NCBI GenBank assembly: GCA_963817525.1
Contig: CAWFOU010000001.1
Span: 96,001-160,000, forward strand
Origin: an uncultured archaeon
Lineage (GTDB): Archaea > Thermoproteota > Nitrososphaeria > Nitrososphaerales > Gagatemarchaeaceae
Length of the DNA stretch: 64,000 bases
Direction: 5' to 3'
In this document: positions 38,674 to 48,030 of the stretch, piece after piece
How the letters are laid out: each line of letters begins with the position of its first letter
How positions within the stretch are numbered: the stretch's first letter is position 1
Program-made: the position numbers and the translations under genes
The notes under the pieces: model-generated
The model's database searches: none
Told to the model about the DNA's origin: nothing
The model's input: the letters and a program-made list of their open reading frames with translations, nothing else

Positions 38674-39783
38674 TCACTTTCCCTTTCCCAGGACGGGGGA
38701 GATAAACCCAGCCCTGAGCGCGTGGTCAGCGAGAACGATGGCCGTGCAGCACTCGACTATGGGCACCGCGCGTGGTACCACCACTGGGTCGTGCCTCCCT
38801 GGGACGACCAGCTCCACCTGCTTCTTGGTGGAGAGGTCCACGGTCTTCTGCTTCTTGGCTATCGAGGCGGGCGGCTTGAACGCCAGCCGGTATACCAGGG
38901 GCATCCCGCTTGAGACCCCGCCGATTATCCCCCCCGAGTTGTTGGTGTCGGTGGTGATCTTCCCCTTCTTGTCTATGGAGTACTGGTCGTTGTTCTCGCT
39001 CCCCTTCAGCCTCGCGGAGGCGAAACCCGAGCCGAACTCGACACCCTTCACCGCAGGGATTGAGAGGGCCATCTGCGCGAGGTCGGAGTCAAGCGAGTTG
39101 AAGACGGGCTCGCCCAGCCCGACTGGAAGGTTCAGCGCGACGCACTCAACTATCCCCCCGAGGCTGTCGCCCTCACCCCTGCTCTTGATGACCATCTGCT
39201 TCATCCTCTCGGCGAGCTTGGGGTCGGGACTCCTGACCTCGTTCAAGTACCTGTTCTTCCTTGCGTCGTCCAGGCTGAACCCCTCCGCCCTGAGCCCCCC
39301 CAGTTCCAGCGTGTACGCGATTATCTCGACGCCGAGCGTCTCCTTGAGGAGCTTCTTGGCGACCGCCCCCGCCATCACGAACCCTGCCGTCACCCTCGCC
39401 GACGCCCTGCCGCTGCCGCGGTAGTCGTTGTACCCGCCGTACTTGGTCCTGTGGGTGAGGTCGGCGTGGCTCGGCCGCGGAGTGTTCACCATGGCCTCGT
39501 AAGAGCGCGAGTCGACGTCAAGGTTGCGTATCATCATCGTCACGGGCGCCCCCGTGGTGAGCCCGTTGAAGACCCCGGACATTATCTCGACCACGTCGCC
39601 CTCCTTCCTCTGCGTGGTGACTATGGACTGGCCTGGCCGCCTCAGGTCGAGGTCGGGCTGGATGTCCGCCTCGGAGAGGGCTAGCCCCGCGGGGACTCCG
39701 TCCACCACGGTGCCGACCCCCTTGCCGTGGCTCTCGCCGAAGCTCACCACGACGAACCTCTCACCGTAGATGTTTCCCGGCAT
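38674..39783 (-). CDS. aroC: Chorismate synthase
   Basis: GESHG, RPSHAD, SARVT, GRHDP. Confidence 0.96.
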   Translation of the reverse strand: MPGNIYGERFVVVSFGESHGKGVGTVVDGVPAGLALSEADIQPDLDLRRPGQSIVTTQRKEGDVVEIMSGVFNGLTTGAPVTMMIRNLDVDSRSYEAMVNTPRPSHADLTHRTKYGGYNDYRGSGRASARVTAGFVMAGAVAKKLLKETLGVEIIAYTLELGGLRAEGFSLDDARKNRYLNEVRSPDPKLAERMKQMVIKSRGEGDSLGGIVECVALNLPVGLGEPVFNSLDSDLAQMALSIPAVKGVEFGSGFASARLKGSENNDQYSIDKKGKITTDTNNSGGIIGGVSSGMPLVYRLAFKPPASIAKKQKTVDLSTKKQVELVVPGRHDPVVVPRAVPIVECCTAIVLADHALRAGFISPVLGKGK

Positions 39784-39791
39784 CTCTCTCA

Positions 39792-41114
39792 CTACTCGCT
39801 CTTGACCTTCGCCCCTAGCCTCTTGATGTCCTCGAGGAAGGTGGGGTACGAGACGTCGAGGCTGTCCGCGCCCACGATGGGGGTCCCCCCGGGGATCAGC
39901 ATCGAGGCGAGGGAGAAGGCCATGAACATCCTGTGGTCGTCGTGTGCGTCGAGGAGGGCGGCCTCCAGCCTCCCCTTCTGGGGGAGTATCCTCAGGCCGT
40001 CGTCCCTCTCCTTGACGTTGACCCCCAGCTTCGAGAGCTCCTTCGCGACTATCGCTATCCTGTCGGTCTCCTTGAACCTGGCGTGGGCCGTCCCCACGAC
40101 CTCTACCGGCGAGTCGCACCTGAGCGCGAGGGCCGCCACCACAGGGAGCAGGTCGGGGGTGTCCCCGAGGTCGAAGGTCCCCCCGCGGAGCCTGTCCCCG
40201 TCGGAGGCCACCACGAGCGCGCCCTTCTCCTCGGTGACCTTCGCCCCCATGGCCTCCACTATCTCGGTGATGCGGGCATCCCCCTGGGGCAGGCTCGCGT
40301 CCAGGTTCTCGACCTTCACCCGGCCGCCCAGCATCGCGACCGCCGCCACGATGAACGAGGCAGAGCTAAAGTCCGCAGGCACGTCAAAGTCCGCCGCCTT
40401 GTACTCCTGCCCCGACTCGACCACGAACTCAGAGTATCCCTTGTTGCGCACCTTCACCCCGAAGCGCTGGCCGAGCCTCAGGGTCATCTCGATGTAGGGC
40501 CTCGAGACCGCGTCGGCGACCTTCAGCGTGGTGTCGGCCCCCGCCATCGGCGTCGATATCAGCAAGGAGGAGACGAACTGGGAGGAGACGTCCCCGCGGA
40601 TCGCGGCCCTGCCGCCTTTCATCCCGCCCGTCTTCACTATCACCGGGGCGCACCCGTTCCCCCTTGAGCTCCAGGCGCTCACCCCGAGCTGCCCCAGCGC
40701 GTCCAGCAGCGGCTGCATGGGCCTCCTCTTAATGCTGGTGTCGCCCGTCAGCAGGGCGTACCCCTCGGGCGCGAGCGAGAGCGCCGAGGTCATGAACCTC
40801 AGGGTCGTCCCCGAGTTCTCGACGTTCACCACGTCGTCAGGGACCTTTGGCCTCGTCCCCTTGATCGTCAGGACGCCCTCCTGCCTCTCCATCTCCGCCC
40901 CCATCGCGGCGCAGGCGTCAACCGTTGCGTTCGTGTCCCGGGAGAGGAGGGGGTTGCGTATCTTCGAGCCCCCGCGCCCTCCGGCGACTGCGAGGCTCGC
41001 CATGAGGACCGCCCTGTGGGTGTAGCTCTTGCTCGGCGGGACCGAGACGCTCCCGGTCAGAGGGCCAGATGCCAGGACGCGCGTCGCCCCGTGGACGCTC
41101 GCGCTCTTAGCCAA
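39792..41114 (-). CDS. aroA: EPSP synthase
   Basis: PSKSYTHR, NSGTTLR, SSQF, KETDR, DHRM. Confidence 0.96.
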   Translation of the reverse strand: MAKSASVHGATRVLASGPLTGSVSVPPSKSYTHRAVLMASLAVAGGRGGSKIRNPLLSRDTNATVDACAAMGAEMERQEGVLTIKGTRPKVPDDVVNVENSGTTLRFMTSALSLAPEGYALLTGDTSIKRRPMQPLLDALGQLGVSAWSSRGNGCAPVIVKTGGMKGGRAAIRGDVSSQFVSSLLISTPMAGADTTLKVADAVSRPYIEMTLRLGQRFGVKVRNKGYSEFVVESGQEYKAADFDVPADFSSASFIVAAVAMLGGRVKVENLDASLPQGDARITEIVEAMGAKVTEEKGALVVASDGDRLRGGTFDLGDTPDLLPVVAALALRCDSPVEVVGTAHARFKETDRIAIVAKELSKLGVNVKERDDGLRILPQKGRLEAALLDAHDDHRMFMAFSLASMLIPGGTPIVGADSLDVSYPTFLEDIKRLGAKVKSE

Positions 41115-41997
41115 CGCTGAGGAGCCTCCCGTGCTCGTTGTTGGTCTCCGTCTCTATCACGCTGCTCCCGTCCTCCGCCCACGCCTTGGCCAACGCATCC
41201 ATCTCCGCCGCCTTCGAGGGGTCGAAGACGGCCGCGACGGCGGGACCGGTCCCGGAGAGCCCTGCCCCCAAAGCCCCGTGTTCCACGGCGAGTAGCGCTG
41301 GGAACGGGTCGTATTTGAGGATGGACGAATAGGTCATGCCGTTCAGGACCATCGCCCTCCAGTAGTCTCCCACTAGGCTCATCTCAAAGAAGAGGTTGGT
41401 CAGGCTCCCGAACTTCCTGACGAACTTGGGGTCGGCCATCTCCCTCCTGCTGCGCCCCTTCGGGACCACGATCAAGACCTTGAGCTTCTTGTCGAAGAGC
41501 CTCGAGCTCACAATCTTCCTTCCGAGGTTGTCGGTCATGTTGAGGCCCCCGAGGAGGCACCCCGCCGCGTCGTCGAGGGCGCCAGTCACGCTCGCCCCGC
41601 TCGAGAGGGAGGCCTGCACGCTGCAGTCAAGGACCTTCTTCGGGTCGAAGGCCTTCTGGCCCAGCGCCGCGTAGGTTGCGAGGGCGATCGACGTGGAGGC
41701 GGCCGAGGACGTCTTGAGCCCCACCCCTATTGGGACGCTGGAGCTGGTCTGCACCCTCCCCGAGTACGCGTCCGGGTCCTTTCCCGCGCTCTTGATGGCC
41801 TGCCGGATGGTCTCGACCGCCAGCCTCGACCCTGACTTTTTGCCGTTGACCACCACCTCCCACGCGCCGCTCGCCGCTTCCAGCTCCACCTCTGCCTCGG
41901 TGGAGAGCCTGACGCTTGCCGTCGCCCCCTTGCCCCCCGCGATCGCGTTGACTATACTGATGGCCCCGAAGGTCATGGCCTTCGCCTTTGTGCTCAT
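41107..41997 (-). CDS. aroK: Archaeal (GHMP-type) shikimate kinase
   Basis: GAISIVNA, GLKTSSA, TGALDD, LSGTGP. Confidence 0.93.
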   Translation of the reverse strand: MSTKAKAMTFGAISIVNAIAGGKGATASVRLSTEAEVELEAASGAWEVVVNGKKSGSRLAVETIRQAIKSAGKDPDAYSGRVQTSSSVPIGVGLKTSSAASTSIALATYAALGQKAFDPKKVLDCSVQASLSSGASVTGALDDAAGCLLGGLNMTDNLGRKIVSSRLFDKKLKVLIVVPKGRSRREMADPKFVRKFGSLTNLFFEMSLVGDYWRAMVLNGMTYSSILKYDPFPALLAVEHGALGAGLSGTGPAVAAVFDPSKAAEMDALAKAWAEDGSSVIETETNNEHGRLLSVG

Positions 41998-42860
41998 TTG
42001 GTGGCCTTGCGCCTCCTCGTCTTCTCCACTGCCCGCTCGGGAGACCCCGCCAGCGCCTTCCTCATTACCTTCTCGGGGGCTTCCCTCCCCGTCCAGAGCC
42101 TGAACGCGGCCATCCCCTGGTGCAGGAGCATCTCCTCTCCGTGTATCGCCTTCGCCCCGACGCGCACGGCCTCCACGAGGAGGCTCGTCTCCCTGGGGCG
42201 GTAGACGGCGTCGAACACCACCTTGGTCCCGGGCAGGATCCTCTTCAGCTCTCTCGGGAGCGGCTCCCCGGACGCCCCCATCGGGGAGGCGTTGAACACG
42301 AGGTCGTGGTTGAGGTGGCGCAGGTCCCTCATCGAGGCCAGCGTGAGGTTCATCCTGGGGAACGCCATCTCCATCTCGAGCACGAAGCGCCTGGCGCGCC
42401 CCACGCTCCGGACGGCGACAGCGACGTCCAGGCACCCGATCCTGTTCATGGCCTCGCAGAAGGCGCGCGCGGCCCCTCCCGCCCCTACGAGCATGGCGTT
42501 CCTGATGTCAAGGGTGACGGGCTCAGCCCTGAGCGGCTCGACTATCCCGTCGGGGTCGGTGTTGTGCCCGACGTATCTCCCTCCCTCTTCCTTCACTGTG
42601 TTCACCGCCTGGACCCTGGTCGCCACCGCGTCTAGCGCGTCCAGCAGCGGGATCACCGCGCTCTTGTACGGGATGGTCACGTTCATCCCCTTGAAACCCT
42701 CCGTTTTCAGCCGCTCGAACTCGCTTGCGAACGCCGCCTCCGGGGCGCTCACCCGGGTGTACTCCGCCTCGATCCCTAGGTAGCGGAACGCGGCGTTCAT
42801 CGCGGCAGGCGAGGGGGAGTGCGAGACGTCTCTCCCGACCACGCAGTATCTGTCCTTCAT
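41994..42860 (-). CDS. aroE: Shikimate dehydrogenase
   Basis: HSPSP, NVTIPYK, AVNT, NTD, GAGGAAR. Confidence 0.95.
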   Translation of the reverse strand: MKDRYCVVGRDVSHSPSPAAMNAAFRYLGIEAEYTRVSAPEAAFASEFERLKTEGFKGMNVTIPYKSAVIPLLDALDAVATRVQAVNTVKEEGGRYVGHNTDPDGIVEPLRAEPVTLDIRNAMLVGAGGAARAFCEAMNRIGCLDVAVAVRSVGRARRFVLEMEMAFPRMNLTLASMRDLRHLNHDLVFNASPMGASGEPLPRELKRILPGTKVVFDAVYRPRETSLLVEAVRVGAKAIHGEEMLLHQGMAAFRLWTGREAPEKVMRKALAGSPERAVEKTRRRKATK

Positions 42861-42864
42861 CCTC

Positions 42865-43566
42865 TCAGACGACCAGGCTCCGGAGCTTCCTCATCGTGGA
42901 GACTGAGACCTGCCCCGGGGCCACCGCCTCGTCCGGGAGTGAGGCGTAGACGAGCGGGGCGCCCAGGCGCATCGCGACGACCCGCGAGACCGTCCCGAGC
43001 TCTCCCATGCAGAACGATATCGTCTTGCGCGGCTTGTCGGCGCAGAGCGCGAGGGTGGCAAGGTTGTCGTCCGCGCTCCTGGCCGTGGTGACCACCTTTG
43101 CAAGGGAGCCCACGCCCAGCTCGGCCTCGCGTGTCGCCCTGAGGGCCTTGAGGTCGGGGGTCCCTTCATAATCGTGCCACGAGGCAATCACCTCCACGCC
43201 CTTCGGGAGCGAGGCCGCCCACTTCTTGTTCCCCTTCAGAGTGCTGAGCTCGACGTCCAGGTAGGCGGGCCCCATCTCGCCTAGGCGGGACACGAGCTCA
43301 AGGCGGCGCGGCTCGCTCCCCTTGAACCAGCCCCCCTCCGTGGCAGACCTCACGGTGAAGACGGCACTCTTCGCGAAGACCGAAAGTTCCGCCTCGAGCT
43401 CGCGCGGGTTGAGGCCCCTCGTCAGCCTGTCGACCCTGAACTCTACTAGGTCAGACCCGAGCGACAAGGCGAGCTCCGCCTTTGCGGCCAGCTCTTCCGG
43501 GGACTCGGCGCTCACTGAGGTGCAGACACGGGGCGACGCGCTCCTCTTTGCCAACTCAGGGGTCAC
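42865..43566 (-). CDS. aroD: Type I 3-dehydroquinate dehydratase
   Basis: EFRVD, EGG, SWHD, FCMG, APGQ. Confidence 0.92.
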   Translation of the reverse strand: MTPELAKRSASPRVCTSVSAESPEELAAKAELALSLGSDLVEFRVDRLTRGLNPRELEAELSVFAKSAVFTVRSATEGGWFKGSEPRRLELVSRLGEMGPAYLDVELSTLKGNKKWAASLPKGVEVIASWHDYEGTPDLKALRATREAELGVGSLAKVVTTARSADDNLATLALCADKPRKTISFCMGELGTVSRVVAMRLGAPLVYASLPDEAVAPGQVSVSTMRKLRSLVV

Positions 43567-43593
43567 CGCCCCGCCCGCGCTTTCCCCGCGGGG

Positions 43594-44616
43594 TCAGCGC
43601 TCGACAATGAACTCGTCGACCTCACCGCCGAAGTGCCTCCCCCTGGCGGCTCCCGCGACGTGCACCAGGACCTCGTCGCCCGCCTTGGCCTCGGTGACGG
43701 CAAGCGGGCTCCCGTCGGGGCGAACCAGCCTGATGGTCTCGGCGTTCTGGAGCATCGCGGTGCCCTCGTGGCCGCCCACCTCCGCCTCTACCATCACAAG
43801 CGGCCTCCTCTCCATCTTTATCCTCCCGACTATGGCGTCCCGCCTTGCGCCCGTCTTGTCCACCAGCTGCACCTTGTCGCCGCTTCGCAGCTCGGAGAGG
43901 TACCTCGTCTTCCCGTCCACCCCGAGGATGTAGCTGTGGAGGGCCCCGGCGTTTACCCTGAAGGGCCGCGTCGGGATGTACTCCGTGGGGATGGTCTCGC
44001 TGTGCACGAGGAAGAAGAAGCTAGCGACGCTCCCGATCAGCATGCCCTCTCCGAGCCCCAGCTGGGACGCCGTGTCTATGCACACCCTCTCCCCGTCACC
44101 CACGTCGACGATCCGCCTGATCTTCGCCTTCACGAGCTGGACGCCGCGCCCCTGCCCGGAGGTCAGGCTGGCGAGGAGCCCCTTCGAGGCCTTGAGGGAA
44201 GAGTAGGGGATGACGACCCCGTCGACGCCCTTCTCGAGGATGGAGAACGCGAGCTTGATGTCGGCCTCAGACTTCATGAAAGCGTAGATCTTCCTGTGCC
44301 TGCGCCGGAACTCCCCGATGAGGTTCTCGAGCGGTATTATCTTCCAGTTGGTGCAGTCCACGACCACGAACTTGTGGTCCTTCTTGAGGGCCGACTCTAC
44401 CGCCCGGTCCAGGTCCTTCGCGCCCCTTACCTCGACCCACGCAAAGTCCCCGTCCCTCTCGAGGTATTCGTGGATGCCTTCGCCCCCCTCGAGCCTCTTC
44501 GCCTCCCCGCGGCTGAGCACCGCCGCGACCCCCGCCTGCCTGGCCTCCTTCAGCGCCTTTGCGATGTCGGCGATGTCCGTGACGTCGAGGACTATCTCCT
44601 TCTCAGGCGTTGGCAG
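43594..44616 (-). CDS. 3-dehydroquinate synthase II (archaeal AroB'), probable CTG start
   Basis: WKIIPLENL, RVCID, RPFRVNAG, QNAETI, RHFG; the frame extends to CTG 44616. Confidence 0.93.
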   Translation of the reverse strand: MPTPEKEIVLDVTDIADIAKALKEARQAGVAAVLSRGEAKRLEGGEGIHEYLERDGDFAWVEVRGAKDLDRAVESALKKDHKFVVVDCTNWKIIPLENLIGEFRRRHRKIYAFMKSEADIKLAFSILEKGVDGVVIPYSSLKASKGLLASLTSGQGRGVQLVKAKIRRIVDVGDGERVCIDTASQLGLGEGMLIGSVASFFFLVHSETIPTEYIPTRPFRVNAGALHSYILGVDGKTRYLSELRSGDKVQLVDKTGARRDAIVGRIKMERRPLVMVEAEVGGHEGTAMLQNAETIRLVRPDGSPLAVTEAKAGDEVLVHVAGAARGRHFGGEVDEFIVER

Positions 44617-45397
44617 CCTTCATTACCCCCATCGCCTCTTTGACGCTGCCCCCCTCTATCACCACGCGCCTCAGCGCCTTCACTATCGACGTCGGGTCGC
44701 GGTGCTGGAAGACGTTCCGGCCGAAGGTCACCCCCATCGCCCCCGCCTGCATGACGTCGTACGCGAGCTTGAGTATCTCTCCGTCCGAGTCGACCTTCGC
44801 CCCGCCGGCGAGGACCAGCGGGACCGGGCACTTCCTCACCACCTCCCTGAAGCTCTCCGGGTCGCCAGTGTACACGGTCTTGACGATGTCCGCCCCGCTC
44901 TCAGCCCCTACGCGCGCGACGTGCGCTACGACTTCGGGGTCTGACGGGTCCTTGATGTTCTCTCCCCTCGGGTACATCATGGCGACGAACGGGACCTGGT
45001 ACTCGTCGCACTGGTCCGCGACCATCCCTAGCTGCACTAGCATCTCGGGCTCCTCCTTGGACCCCATGTTTACGTGGATGGAGATGGCGTCCGCGCCCAG
45101 CCTCAGCCCCTCCGCCACCGAGGAGTTGATCACCTTCCGGTTGGGGGCGGGGCCGATGTTCGTGCTGGCCGAGATGTGCATTATCATCCCGATCGGGGCG
45201 GGCTCCTTGAGGGACTTGATTATACCCTTTTGGACCAAGAAAGCGGTCGCCCCTCCCTTCGAGACCTTCGCGACCATCGCTTCGGGGTTCTCGAGCCCGG
45301 CTATGGGCCCTATCGTGAAGGAGTGGTCCATGGGGATGCAGAGCATCCTCCCGCCCTTGGTTATCCTTGCGAGCCTCACCTGCTTTCCGTTCACCAT
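44603..45397 (-). CDS. 2-amino-3,7-dideoxy-D-threo-hept-6-ulosonate synthase (AroA', DhnA-type aldolase)
   Basis: PMDH, GADIVKT, GRNVFQ; adjacent to DHQS II and asd. Confidence 0.9.
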   Translation of the reverse strand: MVNGKQVRLARITKGGRMLCIPMDHSFTIGPIAGLENPEAMVAKVSKGGATAFLVQKGIIKSLKEPAPIGMIMHISASTNIGPAPNRKVINSSVAEGLRLGADAISIHVNMGSKEEPEMLVQLGMVADQCDEYQVPFVAMMYPRGENIKDPSDPEVVAHVARVGAESGADIVKTVYTGDPESFREVVRKCPVPLVLAGGAKVDSDGEILKLAYDVMQAGAMGVTFGRNVFQHRDPTSIVKALRRVVIEGGSVKEAMGVMKAANA

Positions 45398-45405
45398 CTA
45401 GCCCA

Positions 45406-46476
45406 CTACTCCAGGTACCCTTCCTTCTCCATCAGCTCGGCCGTGAGTATGGCGTCCCCCGCCGCCCCTCTTATTGTGTTGTGCGAGAGCAACGTGAGCT
45501 GCAGGGACTTTGCGTCGATCCCGCTCCTGACCCGCCCCACCACCACGCTCATCCCGGGGACGCTCCCCGCCATCCTGTCTAGGCGGGGCTGCGGCCTGTC
45601 GTTCTCCTTCATGACCATGATGGGCTGGCTGGGCGCCGTGGGGAGCTTGAGCGTCTGAGGCGTCCCCCTGAACCTTTCGAGAGACCTCTCGGCCTCCTTC
45701 GGGTCGACCTCCCGGGAGAACTCCGCGTACAGCGTCTCCATGTGCCCGTCTATCACCGCCACCCGGTTGCAAGAGATCCCCATTGTGATCGGGCTGGGCT
45801 TGATCGCCCCTGCCGAGAGCGTCCCGAGGATCTTCCTGGCCTCGGCCGCCACCTTCTCCTCCTCGTTCTTGATGTAGGGGATGACGTTCTCCTGGATCGA
45901 GAGCGAAGGCACGCCGGGGAACCCAGCCCCCGAGAGGGCCTGCATGGTGGTGACTATCGCCTTGCGCGCCCCGTACTCGTCGATGAGCGGCTTCAGCACC
46001 ATCGCGAGGCCGGTGACCGTGCAGTTCGGGGTCGTCGCGATGGCCCCCTTCCATCCCCTCTTCCTCTTCTGGCCCTCGAGGAGCTCCAGGTGCTCCGGGT
46101 TGATCTCGGGTATCATTAGGGGCACGTCAGCGTCCATGCGGTGCGCGCTCGCCTCGCTCACGACCGTGAACCCAGCCTCCGCGAACTTTGTCTCTACCTC
46201 GTCCGCGACCTCAGAGGGGAGCGCGGAGAAGACGATGTCGCACCCCTTCGCGGACTCGGGCTTGGCCTTCTTGACGACCTTCTCCGCCATCGCAGGGTCG
46301 ATTACGTCGGGGAAGAGCCAGTGCACTGCGTCCCCGTACCTCTTCCCGGCGGACTCGCCTCCCATCAGGACCTCGAGGCGGAGGTATGGGTGCGTTGGGA
46401 GCATGTTGATGTAGCGCTGCCCTACCGCGCCGGTCGCTCCGAGCAGGGCGACCTTGACCTCGCGGTGCTTGCTCAT
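45406..46476 (-). CDS. asd: Aspartate-semialdehyde dehydrogenase
   Basis: GATGAVG, PNC, QALSGAG, HNTIRGAAG. Confidence 0.96.
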   Translation of the reverse strand: MSKHREVKVALLGATGAVGQRYINMLPTHPYLRLEVLMGGESAGKRYGDAVHWLFPDVIDPAMAEKVVKKAKPESAKGCDIVFSALPSEVADEVETKFAEAGFTVVSEASAHRMDADVPLMIPEINPEHLELLEGQKRKRGWKGAIATTPNCTVTGLAMVLKPLIDEYGARKAIVTTMQALSGAGFPGVPSLSIQENVIPYIKNEEEKVAAEARKILGTLSAGAIKPSPITMGISCNRVAVIDGHMETLYAEFSREVDPKEAERSLERFRGTPQTLKLPTAPSQPIMVMKENDRPQPRLDRMAGSVPGMSVVVGRVRSGIDAKSLQLTLLSHNTIRGAAGDAILTAELMEKEGYLE

Positions 46477-46477
46477 C

Positions 46478-47701
46478 CTATAATGCCCCTCCCTTCATCG
46501 CCTCCTTCACGAGGATGAAGGCCTTCTGCGAGCTCTCCTTGGACACGAACACCCTGACGGACGATAGTATCGTCACTATGCCGTAGACGTTGATAGACGC
46601 CTTGGCCAGCGGACCAGTGATCCTCTGGACTACCCCACGCTCCGTCTCGAGGGCCGCGCCCTTCACGGTGATCATCGAGAGGCTCGGGAACTCGGAGACG
46701 GCCTTGCCTATCTTGTCCTCGACGAGGACCTTGTGGACCGCGTCTAGGACGTTCTTCCCTCCGCCCACGTAGAAGATCGCCGCGTTGTTCTCCAGCGAGA
46801 GGGCGAGCAGGTCGCCGTGGGCGTCCCTCACGGCCTTCACCGCGCGGATGATCGCCCCCGTCTTCTCGGGGTTCAGGCCGACGAAAGTTATCATCGACAC
46901 CCCCTCGCCCAGCATCTCGACCTGGACCGGCGAGAGCTCCCCCTTGATGACCGTGCCGGAGTCGAGCCTTTCTAGGTTGGTGACCCTGATCCTCAGGCCT
47001 GACGACTGGTATCTTAGCGCCTTTACGTGGAGGAACTTCGCTCCGCCCGCCGCGAGCATCTCGGCCTCCTCCCCGTTGAGGCTCTCGATGAACTGGGGGT
47101 TGGTGACCTTGTCTGGGTCGCTCGAGTAGACGCCCTCTACGTCCTTCACCAGTATCACCTCCTTCGCGTTCAGGCAGTTGCCGAGCAACACCGCGGTGGT
47201 GTCGCTCCCTCCCCTGCCCAGCGTCGTCGTCCTCCCGCTCGTGGTCTTCCCGAGGAACCCGCAGACCACCGGGACCTTCCCCGCCCTCAGGAGCGGGGTG
47301 ATGAGCTGTTGGGCCTTGGCCCTGCTCTCCTCCACGAGCGGGTTGGCGTCCAGGTGCCTCTCGTCGGTGATGACAGGCCAGTACGGGGTGTCCGGGTCGA
47401 CTATCACCGATTGCAGCCCGAAGGCGGCGAGGGCGGCTGCGACCATCCTCGCGCTGGTCTTCTCCCCGGAGGAAAGGAGCTCGTCGAGGAGGTGGGGCTC
47501 GATCTCCGGGTTCTGCTTCTTGGAGAGCGCCATTATCTGGTCGGTGACGCCCTTGAGGGCCGAGACCACGACCACCACTCCCAGCCCCTTCGCCTTGGTC
47601 TCTTTGATGAGGGAGGCCACTTGGTTGATGGCCTTCTCGTCCTCTAGGACGGACCCCCCGAACTTGACTACGACAGTCTCTAACATCTTAGTTGTGCTCA
47701 T
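46478..47701 (-). CDS. lysC: Aspartate kinase
   Basis: KFGGS, VVSA, LGRGGSD, C-terminal ACT domains. Confidence 0.93.
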   Translation of the reverse strand: MSTTKMLETVVVKFGGSVLEDEKAINQVASLIKETKAKGLGVVVVVSALKGVTDQIMALSKKQNPEIEPHLLDELLSSGEKTSARMVAAALAAFGLQSVIVDPDTPYWPVITDERHLDANPLVEESRAKAQQLITPLLRAGKVPVVCGFLGKTTSGRTTTLGRGGSDTTAVLLGNCLNAKEVILVKDVEGVYSSDPDKVTNPQFIESLNGEEAEMLAAGGAKFLHVKALRYQSSGLRIRVTNLERLDSGTVIKGELSPVQVEMLGEGVSMITFVGLNPEKTGAIIRAVKAVRDAHGDLLALSLENNAAIFYVGGGKNVLDAVHKVLVEDKIGKAVSEFPSLSMITVKGAALETERGVVQRITGPLAKASINVYGIVTILSSVRVFVSKESSQKAFILVKEAMKGGAL

Positions 47702-47709
47702 GGTGCAAG

Positions 47710-47779
47710 GCGCTCCGGCTGATTTTCGCTTGGGAAGCTAGAGCGCGAGTTAGTAGCGAAAACCGAAGATGGGCTTCCG
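47710..47779 (-). promoter_or_regulatory. Alternative RNA hairpins (attenuator-like) in the aspartokinase leader
   Basis: UUUUCGCU:AGCGAAAA competes with GCGCUCUAGCU:AGCCGGAGCGC, which covers GGAG. Confidence 0.5.
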
Positions 47780-47824
47780 ATAGCTGAGCTGCGGATAAAG
47801 TGAACCGCCTCGATGAAGCTCCAT
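47750..47824 (-). CDS. Putative Phe/Tyr-rich leader peptide of the aromatic operon (24 aa)
   Basis: MELHRGGSLYPQLSYRKPIFGFRY*; ATAAATAT at 47854-47861 upstream. Confidence 0.6.
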   Translation of the reverse strand: MELHRGGSLYPQLSYRKPIFGFRY

Positions 47825-48030
47825 CTTTTCTCGCCAAAAGCGTTCCGCAATCGATATTTATGCGTTATCCTGCACAGATTCACCTTCTCCCATCCTTGCG
47901 CACGAGTCGAAATCCCGTCGTTGCGGGATTCTGTATCATAATCTGGGCTGGCCGCTACAAATTTTCAGTATTGTGTTGCTAACATATTAAATAGTGGAGG
48001 TCAGAAGAGAGAAAACACCTTACGGTCTAG

